Below the pieces are notes generated by a model. That model was given only the letters and a program-made list of their open reading frames with translations, had not been told where the DNA came from and searched no databases. A DNA stretch of 64,000 bases from Prorocentrum cordatum (taxonomy: Eukaryota). Position 1 is the first letter of the stretch, and each line of letters opens with the position of its first letter. Both the position numbers and the translations under genes were made by a program. Positions 53,448 through 64,000 of this stretch are shown in pieces. The stretch spans positions 310,001-374,000 of the forward strand of contig CAUYUJ010000037.1 of assembly GCA_963575745.1 (NCBI GenBank), written 5' to 3'.

Positions 53448-54341
53448 GCACCGCAGTGCCCCGTTCCTTTGCCGCTCCCCTCTTTTCCGTCATTGGCATT
53501 GGGGCCGGGAGCGGCCTCGGAACCTTGATGCTTGAGCCAATGGACAAAAAAAGGAGGGAAGGGAACGGGAGCTAACTCGGATTCACAAAGGTGAAGCAAA
53601 GTTAGACTCCCCGCGTCCCCCTCCTCGCATCTTGGCCGCGCACGCGCCGCTTGCCTGCTGCCGTCTTGGGCTCAAGGGTGGGACCGCTTGTCCCGCCCGC
53701 ACACCCTGGTTTTTCACTTGATTGTTGCGGCGCCGCTGCGCCTCCTGCGCTAGCTGTCTGCCGCTTCGGCCCCGAGTTGGGGGCCGGGAGCGGCCTCGGA
53801 ACCTTGATGCTTGAGCCAATGGGGGGAAAAAAAAGGAGGGAAGGGAGCGGGAGCTAACGGCACAACACGGGTCCAAGATGGCCCTCAGAAAGCCCCATGG
53901 CGGCCCAAAACGGCCCAAAGACACCCTCCGAAGAATTCCAAATCGTGATCCGGTCGTTCAGGGAGACGGCGGTTGGAGGCAGGGTGGCCCGAGGAAGCTC
54001 CCGGAGGCCCCCAGAATGCGCCCAGGAGGCCTCCAGAAGGCTTTAAGAAAACCCGAAACAACTTTCGTGAGCCCCCTAGAGGCTCTCCAAAGAGGAGCCT
54101 CCGCAAAAAATGAGCTGAGGAGGATGGGGAGAATGCGCAGTGTATGGCGAAAATAGGGAACAATAAGCATGGAGGAAGGATAACGAATAACATCATTATA
54201 GCGGCGATGCCGGAAAAAGGCAACCATGAGTTATCGCTAAATTGTCGGCTTGACCTTCCTGCCATTCCGCCTGCATACCAAACTTCAAGGACCAAGGTGC
54301 ATGGCGCGAAGCGCCACTGCAGTCTTGTGTATATATGTATA

Positions 54342-54382
<41 letters not shown>

Positions 54383-55733
54383 GGGGGCAGGTCCAGGGCC
54401 CACAAACAGGAGGGCCTCCAGAGGCCCCCCAGGCGGCCCAAGCGGGCCCCGAGTCGCCGAAAGACCGTTCCTGGACGCCCAATGTAGGCCCAAGACCGCC
54501 CGGGAGGCCCCCCCAAGGCATTCCACGACGCTTCAAGACGCCTCTCGAGAGCGCTCCAAGGCGGCCCAATAGGCCCCCCAGAGCGCCCCAAGACGGCCCA
54601 AGAGGGCCCCCAGACGGCCTCAGAGGCGCCCAAGACAGCCCAAGAGAGCCCCAAAACGGCCCCAAGATGCGCCCAAGAGGGGGGCCACGACTCCAAAATT
54701 CGACCCTCCCGCTTGAAGAGTGCCCCAGGAGGCCCCAAGGAGCCCCCAAGAGGCCCCAGGAGGCTCCCGAGAGGCACCCAGGAGGCCCAACCGAGGCTTC
54801 AAGAGGCCACAAAACAGCCCCGAGGAGGCCCCACAACGGTCCCAGCACGGCTACCGAGAAGCTGCGAAACTGCCTTCACGACGTCCCCGACAGGCCAACC
54901 ACGAGATCCAAACCAACACCCATGAGGCCTCTGACCCACCACCTAGGGCACCCGCCGCCCGCCCGCCGTCCGTGTAGCACGCACCACTCTGTACTCAACA
55001 GCTTCAGTCTCCAAGACAACACCCTGTAGTAGCCCCCGTCTCAACAAGCTCCCGCTGCAAGAGAGCACAAGGAATTCCTTCAAATCCCGACCCGCCCGCC
55101 CGCCACCTGCCCGCCCGCCGCCCGCCCGGCCGCTCGCACGCCTTCCGCGTAGCACGCGCCAACCTGCACTCAACAGCCTCCGCCTCCAAGACAACACCTA
55201 GCATTCAACAGCCCCCAGGGGTCCCGGGACTGCCCGGGCCCGCTCCCAGACACGCCACGACACGCCAAGAGGGCCCTAAATATTGCCAAAACAGCCTCAA
55301 GAGGCCCCGGACACTCCGAAGATGGCCTCAGGACGGCCGACGACGCCGCCAAAATGCTTCAAGAACCCCTCCAGAAGCCCCTTCACAGGGCCCCGCATTT
55401 TTGCGCTCTCGCATGTTCCGCCTCCCCACGGTCCCGGACGGCGTCAGGGGCCCTTCAGATCGCTCCAAGACGGCCGAAGAGGCTCCCAAGAAAGACCAGA
55501 GACGGCCCAGGAGGCTCCCCAGATAATTCAAGAGGGCCTCGAGAGCGCCCCAAGAGAGCCCCAAGAACGACCCAAGAGGGCCCGAAGAGCGCGACATTTC
55601 AAGGTCTCCGGCCTGAGAGGCTCCTAGAACGCCCCCAGAGGCCTTGGAGATAGTGTATCGGGTTGGCCTGTCAATTTGTTGATCCGCAACCGTTGGATCT
55701 AATCAGCCGCGCGAGCCGGTAGTTCGCCCCTCT

Positions 55734-56174
55734 ATGGAGTGGGCGAGGGCTGCCGCTGCTGGCGCCGGCGGCTTGGCACACCTGGGCAGCCTGTGGTACG
55801 GCCAGCGCTGTACCTGCCAGGTCGAGCTGGGAGACGGGTTCTCGGTGGACCGTGAGCTGCTGCGCCTGCTGGAGGGGCAGCTGCAGAGGTGCGGGCCCGC
55901 CAACCTCACGGTGCCTGCGCCGTGCGCGCCCCCAGAGTGTTCGGGCTATCCTGGGCTGGTGGTATTCCTGGTGGCGGTGCTGGCTTTCCTGTCAGGGTTC
56001 GCCGCTGCTGCCGCCTGTGGCTGGTGGTGCTTGAGACGTTCGGAGGGTCGTGCTACGTCTGAGGGCTCAGAGACTCCGTACTTGACCGACGGAAGCGATG
56101 TCAGAGCATCTTCGTCAGGGCCAGCGGGTGCTCGTCTCTTACGACGAGGACCCCCGCGAGCTGTTGTGGCATGA
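55734..56174 (+). CDS. Small predicted membrane protein (ORF0) of YR element 2
   Basis: ATG-initiated 146-aa ORF just inside A1, with a CTC motif and the hydrophobic stretch GLVVFLVAVLAFLSGFAAAAACGWW. Confidence 0.45.
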   Translation: MEWARAAAAGAGGLAHLGSLWYGQRCTCQVELGDGFSVDRELLRLLEGQLQRCGPANLTVPAPCAPPECSGYPGLVVFLVAVLAFLSGFAAAAACGWWCLRRSEGRATSEGSETPYLTDGSDVRASSSGPAGARLLRRGPPRAVVA

Positions 56175-57369
56175 GCGCCTTCTGTGCGCGCACGTGCACG
56201 AAGGCTCCCGGGTGGTGACAACACCCGAGAGAGACATGTACTTGGAGGACCTTCAGGAGGGCGTCGAGAGCCTCGTGTTGTTGGGCCCCATGGGAGGCCT
56301 GCCGATCGGATGGAACCGTGGGCCCACGCACCTGTTCAGGAACTCGCCCCAGGGCCCGCTGCACCGCGAGGAGAGCTTGCGGCTCCAGTCGGAGGGCGCT
56401 GAGTTGGCCTTGCAGGAGAGGCGCGGCTTGGGCCTTGCCGCTTCGCCGCCGCTGCCGCCGCCCGCGGGCGCGCCTCCGCCGCTGGCGCTGGAGGGCGCGC
56501 CGAGCTCGGGCGAAGGAGGGCGGCGGTACTCGGAGAACCGCGGTGGTGCTCGGCTGGGCGAGCGCGTCGGCGACGCGGAGCTGGAGGCAGGCTGCCATCG
56601 AGGAGATCGTGGAGTGGCTCTGGTGGACGACGTCTTCGTGGCCTGCTCCTTCTTCAGGCCGGGCCAGCAGATGCCTGCGCCTAGGGAAGTGGAGGCGGCG
56701 GAGCCTGCGCCCAACGAGCTGCGCACCCTCCCGGTGAAGTACGAGACGGCCAGCCAGCGGCATCGCTCCTACAAGGAGGCCGCATCGCTGACCACGACGA
56801 CGGCGTTCGAGGACTGCCCGATCAGCGGCCCGAGGACGGCGGAGTGGCTGGCGCGGGAGATCGCTCGGCAGGAGCTGACGCCCGTGCGCCGCCACTTCTG
56901 GTGGAGACAGCTGCTGGGCTTGGGCCCCAGCGATTGGGGCGTCGGGGAGCGCGAGTCCTTGAGCCGGCTCTTCGAGTACGCTCTGACGTACGACCAGCTG
57001 AACTTCGGCGAGCTGGCGTCGCTGGAGCTTTCAGGCAGGCGCTACCAGCTGCTCGAGGAGAGGTACGCCCGCATGCTGATCGCGGCGACGGCGGGTGGCG
57101 ACAGCGGCCATCTCGACAACGACAGGCCGTTCATGGGCGAGGAGGGCCGCCATGGCCGCGCGCTCGTGGCGCCTGCGCTAGAGTCCTGGATATCCCAGAA
57201 GCTGTCCGAGGAGAGCGCGGTGCTCAAGGGGCGCCGCAAGGCGAAGGAGGAGCGGCAGCTGGCCCGCTCGACCGATGTTGCTCCAGGTGCTGGAAGCGGC
57301 AAGAACGACGAGAAGCCCCCCAGGCGCCCGAAGAAGAATGGTGGCGGGCCGGGGGGTGACGCTGCTTGA
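56098..57369 (+). CDS. Gag-like ORF1 of YR element 2
   Basis: Open 423-aa ORF in the gag position preceding pol; LWHERLL, PISGPRTAEW, YDQLN and a basic C-terminus. Confidence 0.65.
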   Translation: MSEHLRQGQRVLVSYDEDPRELLWHERLLCAHVHEGSRVVTTPERDMYLEDLQEGVESLVLLGPMGGLPIGWNRGPTHLFRNSPQGPLHREESLRLQSEGAELALQERRGLGLAASPPLPPPAGAPPPLALEGAPSSGEGGRRYSENRGGARLGERVGDAELEAGCHRGDRGVALVDDVFVACSFFRPGQQMPAPREVEAAEPAPNELRTLPVKYETASQRHRSYKEAASLTTTTAFEDCPISGPRTAEWLAREIARQELTPVRRHFWWRQLLGLGPSDWGVGERESLSRLFEYALTYDQLNFGELASLELSGRRYQLLEERYARMLIAATAGGDSGHLDNDRPFMGEEGRHGRALVAPALESWISQKLSEESAVLKGRRKAKEERQLARSTDVAPGAGSGKNDEKPPRRPKKNGGGPGGDAA

Positions 57370-57439
57370 GCTGCCACGGGCGGCGGAGGCCCCCGGCCGC
57401 CGCCCATTCTGCAGAGGGGGGGGCTGCCCGCTTGAGGAG

Positions 57440-59560
57440 GATGGCGGGCCGCCTCGGTGTTGCAGGTGAAGGCCTAGACTGGGCTCGGGACTTGCTGCCG
57501 CTGCCATCTGGGCGCTGCCTGGCTGATCTCCTGGAGGGACTTTCGCCAGCTGGCCTGGGCGCGTCGCGCTGTGCGGATCGGCGACGCTCGCGCCGACGGG
57601 CTGCTGAGGCGCGGCTGCAGGACGGCATCTCGATGCTCAACGTGCTGGGCGGCCGCGGCGAGGAGTGGGGCCCAAAAGTGCTGCCAGGTGCTATCCAGCG
57701 CCAGGCTGTGGCCAGCTTGGCCCTGGCCTACTTTGCCGTGCCGCCGCCGCCCGACGACCTCACCGCCTCGGGAGCGTGGTCTGCGCTTCGGGGCTGCGGT
57801 TCCAGCTACGCCGTTGCAGGTGTTGTCGCCGGAGAGTTCGCGACCTACCAGCGTGGCGGGCTTGCCCTGCCAGCAGTCGGTAACCAGGCGATCGACCTCG
57901 TCAGTTGCCTGCCCGACCACTACCAGAAGTTGCTGGAGGATAGTGGCCGCGCTATTCGGCTACCAGCAGTGTGTGCAAAGGACGTGGCGGCAGAGGCGGA
58001 CGAGTTGGGCCCTGCGATGGATCCCATCCTGGCGAGGTCGCCCAGCAAGTACGCCGAGTTTTTGATGTCAGCATGCGAATCGGGCGTCGTCGAGCGGGCG
58101 ACTGAGGTTCGCAGTCTTGTGGGAGTCTTGTTTGTGCGTAAGAAGGACGGCTCGTTGCGGATCATCTTCGATCCTCGAAAGACGAATTCGCAGTTTGTAC
58201 CTCCAGATGGTGTCGCTCTGGCTTCTCCTGAGGCCCCGGGTGATCTTGAGTTACCTGCAGGCCAGCGGTTGTGGGTCAGTGAGGGCGATGTCGAGAACTG
58301 CTACTACCAGTTCCTGCTGCCTGACGGCCTGAGGGCCGACTTCGCGTTACCTGCGGTGCCTCGGAAGTTGCTGGCGCGGAGCCTGCGCCGCCTGTTCCCG
58401 CCCGGGGACGACTTCGTTCACTTCCAGGTGCGCGTGGTGCCGATGGGCTGGAGCTGGGCCGTGGCGCTGGTGCAGGCGGCGAACGCGGAGCTGCTGCGCG
58501 CCGGTCCGCAAGGGGCCCGCCGCTGGATCTGCAATCGCCGCTGCGCGCCTGCTGTCGCTGGGCGTGAGCCCGCTGCTCTCCTGTACATCGACAACTCCGC
58601 CTCGCTGGAAACCGCAAAGGAGACAGCCCAGCTCGACGGCGACTCGATGGAGAGGCAGCTGAGGGGGCGCGGTCTGACTACTCGCGACATTCGGGGCCGC
58701 AAGTTGACGTGGACCTGCTCGGGTTCCACGTCGACGGGGCGAAGGGGGCGACCCGCATCGCGCCCAAGCGGTTCTGGAGGCTAGCCACGAGTCTGGACTA
58801 CATCCTGAAGCACCCCCTCCTGACGGGGGCCGAGCTAGAGCGGCTGATCGGGCGCTTGACTCACGTGCTGCTGCTACGACGCGAGGTGCTCAGCTTGCTC
58901 AGTGCATCCTACGTCTTTGTCAGCAAGTGCCACGCTCGTCGCGTGCGGCTCTGGCCTTCGGTGCGCCGAGAGCTGACCTGGATGCGAGCGCTGCTGCCGC
59001 TGGTGTGGGCGGATCTGCGCGGCGCCTGGGCCCCCAGCGCGATGGCCGTGGACGCCTCGCTGACTGGCTTGGGCGCGGTGGAGCGCTCCGCGGACCCCCG
59101 CGAGGTCGGGCGCATCGGCCGAGTCAGAGAGCGCTGGAGGTTCAAGGAGCACGAGCTGGTGGCCGAAGGCTCGCGTGCACGCGCCTTGCGTGAAGGCGCC
59201 GTTAGCGACTCCCCGTTCCCCGACGTGCCGTCGGACTTCTGCAAGGCCGCCTCGTGGAAGACCGCGGCCTCGAGGCGGTGGCGCCATCGTGCCCCCGTCC
59301 ACCTCCTGGAGGGCGAGGCGCTGCTGTGGGCCATGCGGCGGCAGGTGCGGCGAGCGGGGCATCATGGGTGCAGGCTTCTCTTTTTGTCAGACAGCATGTG
59401 TATTTGCTGCGCAGTTGCAACAGAAAGAGCCTCGGACTTTCCCATCCTCGCTCAGTTGAGACACTTCACAGCTCTTCAGCTTGCATCGTCTTATCATGTG
59501 TCAGCGCGATGGATTCCTTCAGAGTGGAACCCCGCCGACGGTCCTTCAAGGCGGTTCGAG
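57440..59560 (+). pseudogene. Pol (RT + RNase H) of YR element 2, frameshift near 58700
   Basis: RT: FVRKKDGSLRIIFDPR, DVENCYYQ, VPMGWSWA, LYIDN, DLLG. RNase H: AVDASLTG, HLLEGEA, FLSDS, RWIPSEWNPADGPSR. Confidence 0.88.
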
Positions 59561-59579
59561 CCTCGCCGTTTGCGGGGCG

Positions 59580-60740
59580 ATGGAGCGCCGTCGGCTCGTG
59601 GCGGCCGCGCCGAGTGCGCAGCCGCTGCCCGCTCCGAGTGCGCCGGCGAGCGGCCATGGGCGGAAGCGCCGCCTGGGCTCGCCGGGCCGCGCGCGCTCGG
59701 GTCAAGCGAGGGCCAGTGCCAGACGCCCCCGGCCCGCTGCCGCGACCCGGAGGTCGACAGCCTTGCCGTGGCACCGCCTCCCGGGCTCGATCGCGTCAGG
59801 ACTGGAGCTGGAGGCGGTGAGGCCCTCTACCCAGCAGAACTACCTGAAGTGCCTCAGTGGCCTCTGCAACTGGCTCGGAGCGGAGACGCTGCCCAGCTGG
59901 AGCGCGCTGGGGTGGGACGACGCACTGCTGCAGTACCTGAACGACGAGTTCGCGCAGGGAGTGCGGCCGAACAGGGCTGCGAAGCTGTTGTCGGCGGTGC
60001 TCTGGGCGCGACCGGCGCTGGGGCGGCCCCTGCGGGTGGTGCTGCCGAGGAGCAGCCGGGCGCTGCTGAGCACTGCTGGGCTGGAACCGCAAGCGGCCTG
60101 GCCACTCTCGGCCGCCGCTCCCTTGGCTGGTGCTCTGCGGCGTGCTGGAGATCCTGCTGCTGAAGCGGGAGGTGGCGATGGCGTGCGCTCTCTGCCACGC
60201 GTTCCATTGCTACCTTCGGCCCGGAGAGCTCCTGGCGATGAAGGCGTTTCAGCTGGCGCCGCCGGCTGCAGGGCTGCAGGGCGGGTTTCGCTGGTGGACC
60301 CTGTTGCTTCACCCAGAGGAGCTGCTGGTGCCCGGCAAGACTGGCGAGCTGGACGACTCGCTGCCGCTAGACGCGCCCGAGCTCCAGTGGCTTACGCCCG
60401 CGCTCAGGGATCTGAAGGCGCGGATGGAGCCTCGCGAGCCGCTGTGGAGTTTCGGCTACGCGCAGCTGCGCGAGGAGCTCGAGGGCCCGCTGGCTGCGCT
60501 GGGACTTCAAAGCCTCGGTGCCACGCTGCATTGCCTACGGCGCGGAGGAGCAAGCCACGATCGAATCGTGGTAAGGAGGTCGCTCGAGGAGGTGGCCAAG
60601 AGAGGCAGGTGGCGAGCTCGCCTGTCCGTGCGGAGGTGCGAGAAGCACGGCCGCCTGGCGCTGCAAGTGGCGAAGGTGCCGCCCGTGGTGCAGGAGCGGC
60701 TGCGACTCAGCAGGCAGAGGCTGCCGCAGCTGTTCGCCAA
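59580..60740 (+). pseudogene. Tyrosine recombinase of YR element 2, frameshifted near 60070
   Basis: VRPSTQQNY, FHCYLRPGELL, LHCLRRGGASHD and RGRW...SVRRCEK, where the expected catalytic Tyr reads Cys (TGC 60637-60639). Confidence 0.85.
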
Positions 60741-61527
60741 CTGCTCAACGCGACGCTCCACAGAGTGCGCCTGGGGCGAGAGTGGGTCGCCGTCGAGGTC
60801 TTCGCTGGGTCAGGCCGCCTCGCCTCGGCGCTTCGTGCCAGAGGAATCCCCGCGGTCGAGTGGGACATCATTCGAGGAGCGCAGTTTGATCTCACCAAGG
60901 CGTCCAGTGTCGAAGTTCTGAAAGGATGGACTCTCAGCGATGAGGTGAGCATCTTGTGGTTAGGAACCCCATGCACTTCTTTCTCGTTGGCCCGTAGGTA
61001 CACCAAGTCTGGGCCAGGACCTTTGAGGTCCAGGGAGTTCCCTCTTGGACTGCCGGGCCTCTCAGGTCCCGATCAAATGCGAGTGCAGTTGGGCAACCGT
61101 TTGATGCGTGTCTCTGTTGTGCTTGCTAAGCTAGCTCACACTAGAGGGATCCCTGGAGGGCTCGAGAATCCCGCTTTTTCTCGTCTTTGGCTGTGTCCGC
61201 CTGTGCTAGGTCTCGGTAGGCTTCCCAATGTTCACGATGTTTTCGCGGACTTTTGTATGTGGGGTGAGCCGTGGCGCAAACGAACACGGCTTCGCCTCTG
61301 GCACGTTTCTTCGGAGCTTCTTGGGCGAAAGTGCCACGGTAAAAGGCATTTGTGAGAGGTCCCAGAGGCCTCACCAAGTGTTAGAGGGCAAGGCCCCCGG
61401 TGGCCAGTTTTGGACTGCAGTAGCACAGCCTTGCCCAAAGGCGCTGTGCAAGAACCTTGCCAAGTCTCGTGTAGATGCGTCGAATAATCGTAGGCTCTCT
61501 CGGTTGTGGGACATTTGTAAATTCTGA
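60740..61527 (+). pseudogene. C5-cytosine DNA methyltransferase domain carried by the retrotransposon (possibly fused to YR), frameshift near 61350
   Basis: Motif I VEVFAGSG, motif II EWDI, motif IV WLGTPCTSFS, motif VI LENP, motif VIII-like FCMWGEPWRKRT, C-terminal AQPCPKALC. Confidence 0.85.
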
Positions 61528-61915
61528 GCCGTATTACCAGTGCACTAATGAATCCGGACGTGAATATGGCCCAGAGTTTTTTACTTGTTCGATGCTGCTG
61601 CGTTCTGTTGTCACTGTTGCCGATGCCTCGCCCCAGCGCCCTCTCAAGCTTGTGCTGGAGAAAAATAGAAGGCCTTGGAAATTGTTTATCGGGTTGGCCT
61701 GTCAATTTGTTGATCCGCAACCGTTGGATCAGCCGCGCGAGCCGCCCGTCCCTCCCTCCCTTCTCTGCTCTTCCGCCTTTCAATCCCACACGAATTCAGA
61801 ATTTAACAGGCCCAGAGTGTTTTACTTGTTCGATGCTGCTGCGTTCTGTTGTCACTGTTGCCGATGCCTCGCCCAAGCGCCCTCTTAAGCTTGTGCTGGA
61901 GAAAAATAGAAGGCC

Positions 61916-64000
61916 ATCAGGAGGCTCCCAAGAAGCCCCGTGATGCTCCCAAGAGGTTTCCCAGAAACCCCAATAAGAGCCCAAAGGGCCCACAGGGAAG
62001 CCCCCTGCGGGCCCCCCAAGAGACCTCGGTAAATAGTATGTCCCAGAGCTTTCCGGGAACATGATTCCTTAGGCTTCCGCCCACCGCCCCAGACATGTTT
62101 CCAATAGGCTTGCCGACAAGGTCAAAAAGGGCCCCTCGATAAGCCCCCAGAGGCCCCCTTCGTAAGAGAGCCGAACCAATCATGCTCCCGGAAAGCTTCC
62201 CTGGAACATGATTATCGGGTTGCCGCCCTCTCCCCAAACCATGTTCCCTAAACGCCTGCCAGGATAACAAAAAACAGGAGTCCCAAGCAGCGCTACCTGC
62301 CGCCACGCTCGGAAACGCGTCAGGCCCCGAAGCCTCCGGAGGCGCCCAACGACACCCCAACAAATCATGTTCCCAGGAAGACTCACGGCCAGTGTCGCCG
62401 ACGTTGAAGGAGGACGGTCCAGGACACCCAGAAATCTTCCAAACAGGCTTCCAAGAGGGCGCCGAGACAGCCCAGGGCCGCCCCCAGACGGCCCAAGAAA
62501 GCCCCAACACAGACGAAAAGGGCCGCAAGAGGCCTCCAAGAGGCCCCGAAACGAGGACATATCGTTCGAACACGCCCAAGATGGCCTCCGGACGGCCCAC
62601 AAGGCTTCCAACACGGCCCAAAGGGACGCCAAAATCATTGATTGTCCTTTGGTTTTTGATGGATTTCAGACACCCAATGTCGCCCCAACAGGCCCCCACG
62701 ATGGCGCAGAGACGGCCCAGGGACGCCTTGCCGCGGGCACAAGGCGGGAGCCCGGGACGGGGCCTTCGCACAGGGGGGCCCGGGGGCCCTACCATGGGGC
62801 CTTGTAAAGTCGCCCGAAGACGGCCCTGGATTTCCAGAAATGGCGTTTCCAGACAACGAAAACGACCAATGACCGCCCGAGATCACCCCAGAATTGGCCC
62901 CTGACTGTCCAAGAGGCCTCCAAGACGCCTCAAGAGGTCTCCAAGATGGCTCCCAAGGAGCCCCAGGAGGCACAACTAATTTGTTATCCTCTCTGGTTTT
63001 TGATCGATGTTCGAAATCTCGCCGTTTGAGTTCCCTGACGCTCCACGACGGCCCAAAGGGCTTTAAATTTCTGCTCCGAGGCCTCCCCAGAGGCCTCGCA
63101 GACGGCAAGACAGCCCACGGGGGTCCCAAGACGGCGCCAGAGGCGCCCACGGCGGCCCGAGAGGGCCCCAAGAGGGCCCCAAGATGGAGCCAAGAGGGTT
63201 AGGAGGAGGAGGAGGAGGAGGAGGAGGAGGAGGAGGAGGAGGAGGAGGAGGGTTGACACAAACCGAAAATCCGAGCCTTCCACCCCGAGAGGCTCTCTGG
63301 AGGCCCCGAGAAGCCCCCAACAGGCTCTCTGGAGGCCCCAAGAGGCCCCCCAGGAGACCGAAGAGTATCCAAGAGGCCTCCCACGAAGGCCCCAAGAGGC
63401 AAACATCCATGTCTTGCTGTTGGTTTTTGATTGATCGAGTTTTCAGCCTTTTGGCGTCCTGACGCTCCAAGACGGCCCAAAAGGCCTCCAAGACCAATCC
63501 ACGATAGCCCAAGAGGCCTCCAACAGGGCCCAAGACAGCCCGAGAGGGCACTAATACGGCCCCATGGGGGGGCCCAAGAGGGGTAAGACGAACCGAAAAT
63601 CCGAGCCTTCCACCCCGAGAGGCTCTCAGGAAGCCCCAGAGGCTCCCTAATGAGACCCAAGAGGCCCTCAAGAAGCTCCCCAGAAGGCCGAAGAGGTTCC
63701 AAGAAGCATTGTCTTCCCATCGGCTTTTGATGGATTTTAGAGTTCCCAGCCTTTTGACATCCCGACGCTCCAAGACGGCCCAAGTGGCTCCCAAGACCGC
63801 TCAAAGATAGCCGAAGAGGCCTCCAAGAGGGACCCAAGACGGCCCACGAGGGCCCCAAGACGGTGCCCGAGGCGCCCAAGACGGCCCCAGAGGGCTCCAA
63901 GAGGGCACCAAGAGAGCCCCAAGAAGGGGAACGCGAACCCAACAGCAGAGCTTTCCGCCCTAAGAGGCCCACAGGAGGCCCCAAGAGTCCCCAAGTGGTC
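61916..64000 (+). repeat. Abundant GGCC/CCAAG-rich interspersed repeat family; other copies at 6480-6760(-), 27090-27900(-), 49030-49470, 53860-54060 and 54380-55640
   Basis: Recurrent CCAAGACGGCCC, CCAAGAGGCC and GACGCTCCAAGACGG motifs with strong strand asymmetry. Confidence 0.8.

Larger units (their letters stand above)
49470..53858 (+). mobile_element. Tyrosine-recombinase retrotransposon (DIRS superfamily, Ngaro/PAT-like split direct repeats A1...B1-A2...B2), no recognisable gag, degenerate
   Basis: A1 49470-49574 is identical to A2 53574-53678. B1 ~53499-53576 matches B2 ~53777-53858. Contains RT/RNase H and YR ORFs. AAC core is present at both ends and at the internal B1/A2 junction. 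Confidence 0.9.
55639..61915 (+). mobile_element. Tyrosine-recombinase retrotransposon with split direct repeats; ORF0 (TM), gag-like, RT, RNase H, YR and C5-cytosine DNA methyltransferase
   Basis: A1 ~55644-55718 matches A2 ~61675-61744. B1 61568-61674 matches B2 61809-61915 (107 bp, near identical). AGGCC core is present at both ends and at the B1/A2 junction. Confidence 0.92.

Noticed and set aside
61917..63994. Long minus-strand Gly/Leu/Trp-rich ORFs (also 27311-27880, 54196-55029)
   Set aside because: Products of the GGCC-rich repeat family; no protein motifs.

Overview
GC-rich, microsatellite-laden eukaryotic genomic DNA. It is very likely dinoflagellate, probably Prorocentrum-like; this is inferred from dinoflagellate spliced-leader (DinoSL) relics, GC/GA splice donors and the retroelement types. 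Two intron-containing host genes lie on +: a mitochondrial ribosomal bL27-like gene (~28620-30818) and a single-domain 6TM voltage-gated cation channel with a TLDSW filter (34054-36533). Scattered exons of a third gene may lie at ~41-49 kb. Mobile DNA includes a full-length degenerate LINE that starts with a near-perfect 22-nt DinoSL and sits inside a (GGA)n tract (16639-21750), two further LINE remnants, and two tyrosine-recombinase (YR) retrotransposons with split direct repeats (49470-53858, 55639-61915). The second YR element carries a C5-cytosine methyltransferase, and both are integrated in the same GGCC/CCAAG-rich host repeat family. All five resolvable introns of the two genes are T...A-ended insertions with 5-bp target-site duplications (TSDs), i.e. 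Introner-like. One of them must be removed without any canonical splice dinucleotides to restore the conserved channel frame. Conserved catalytic codons in the retroelements repeatedly show A>G/T>C changes. Most ORF-track ORFs are artefacts of simple repeats and high GC.
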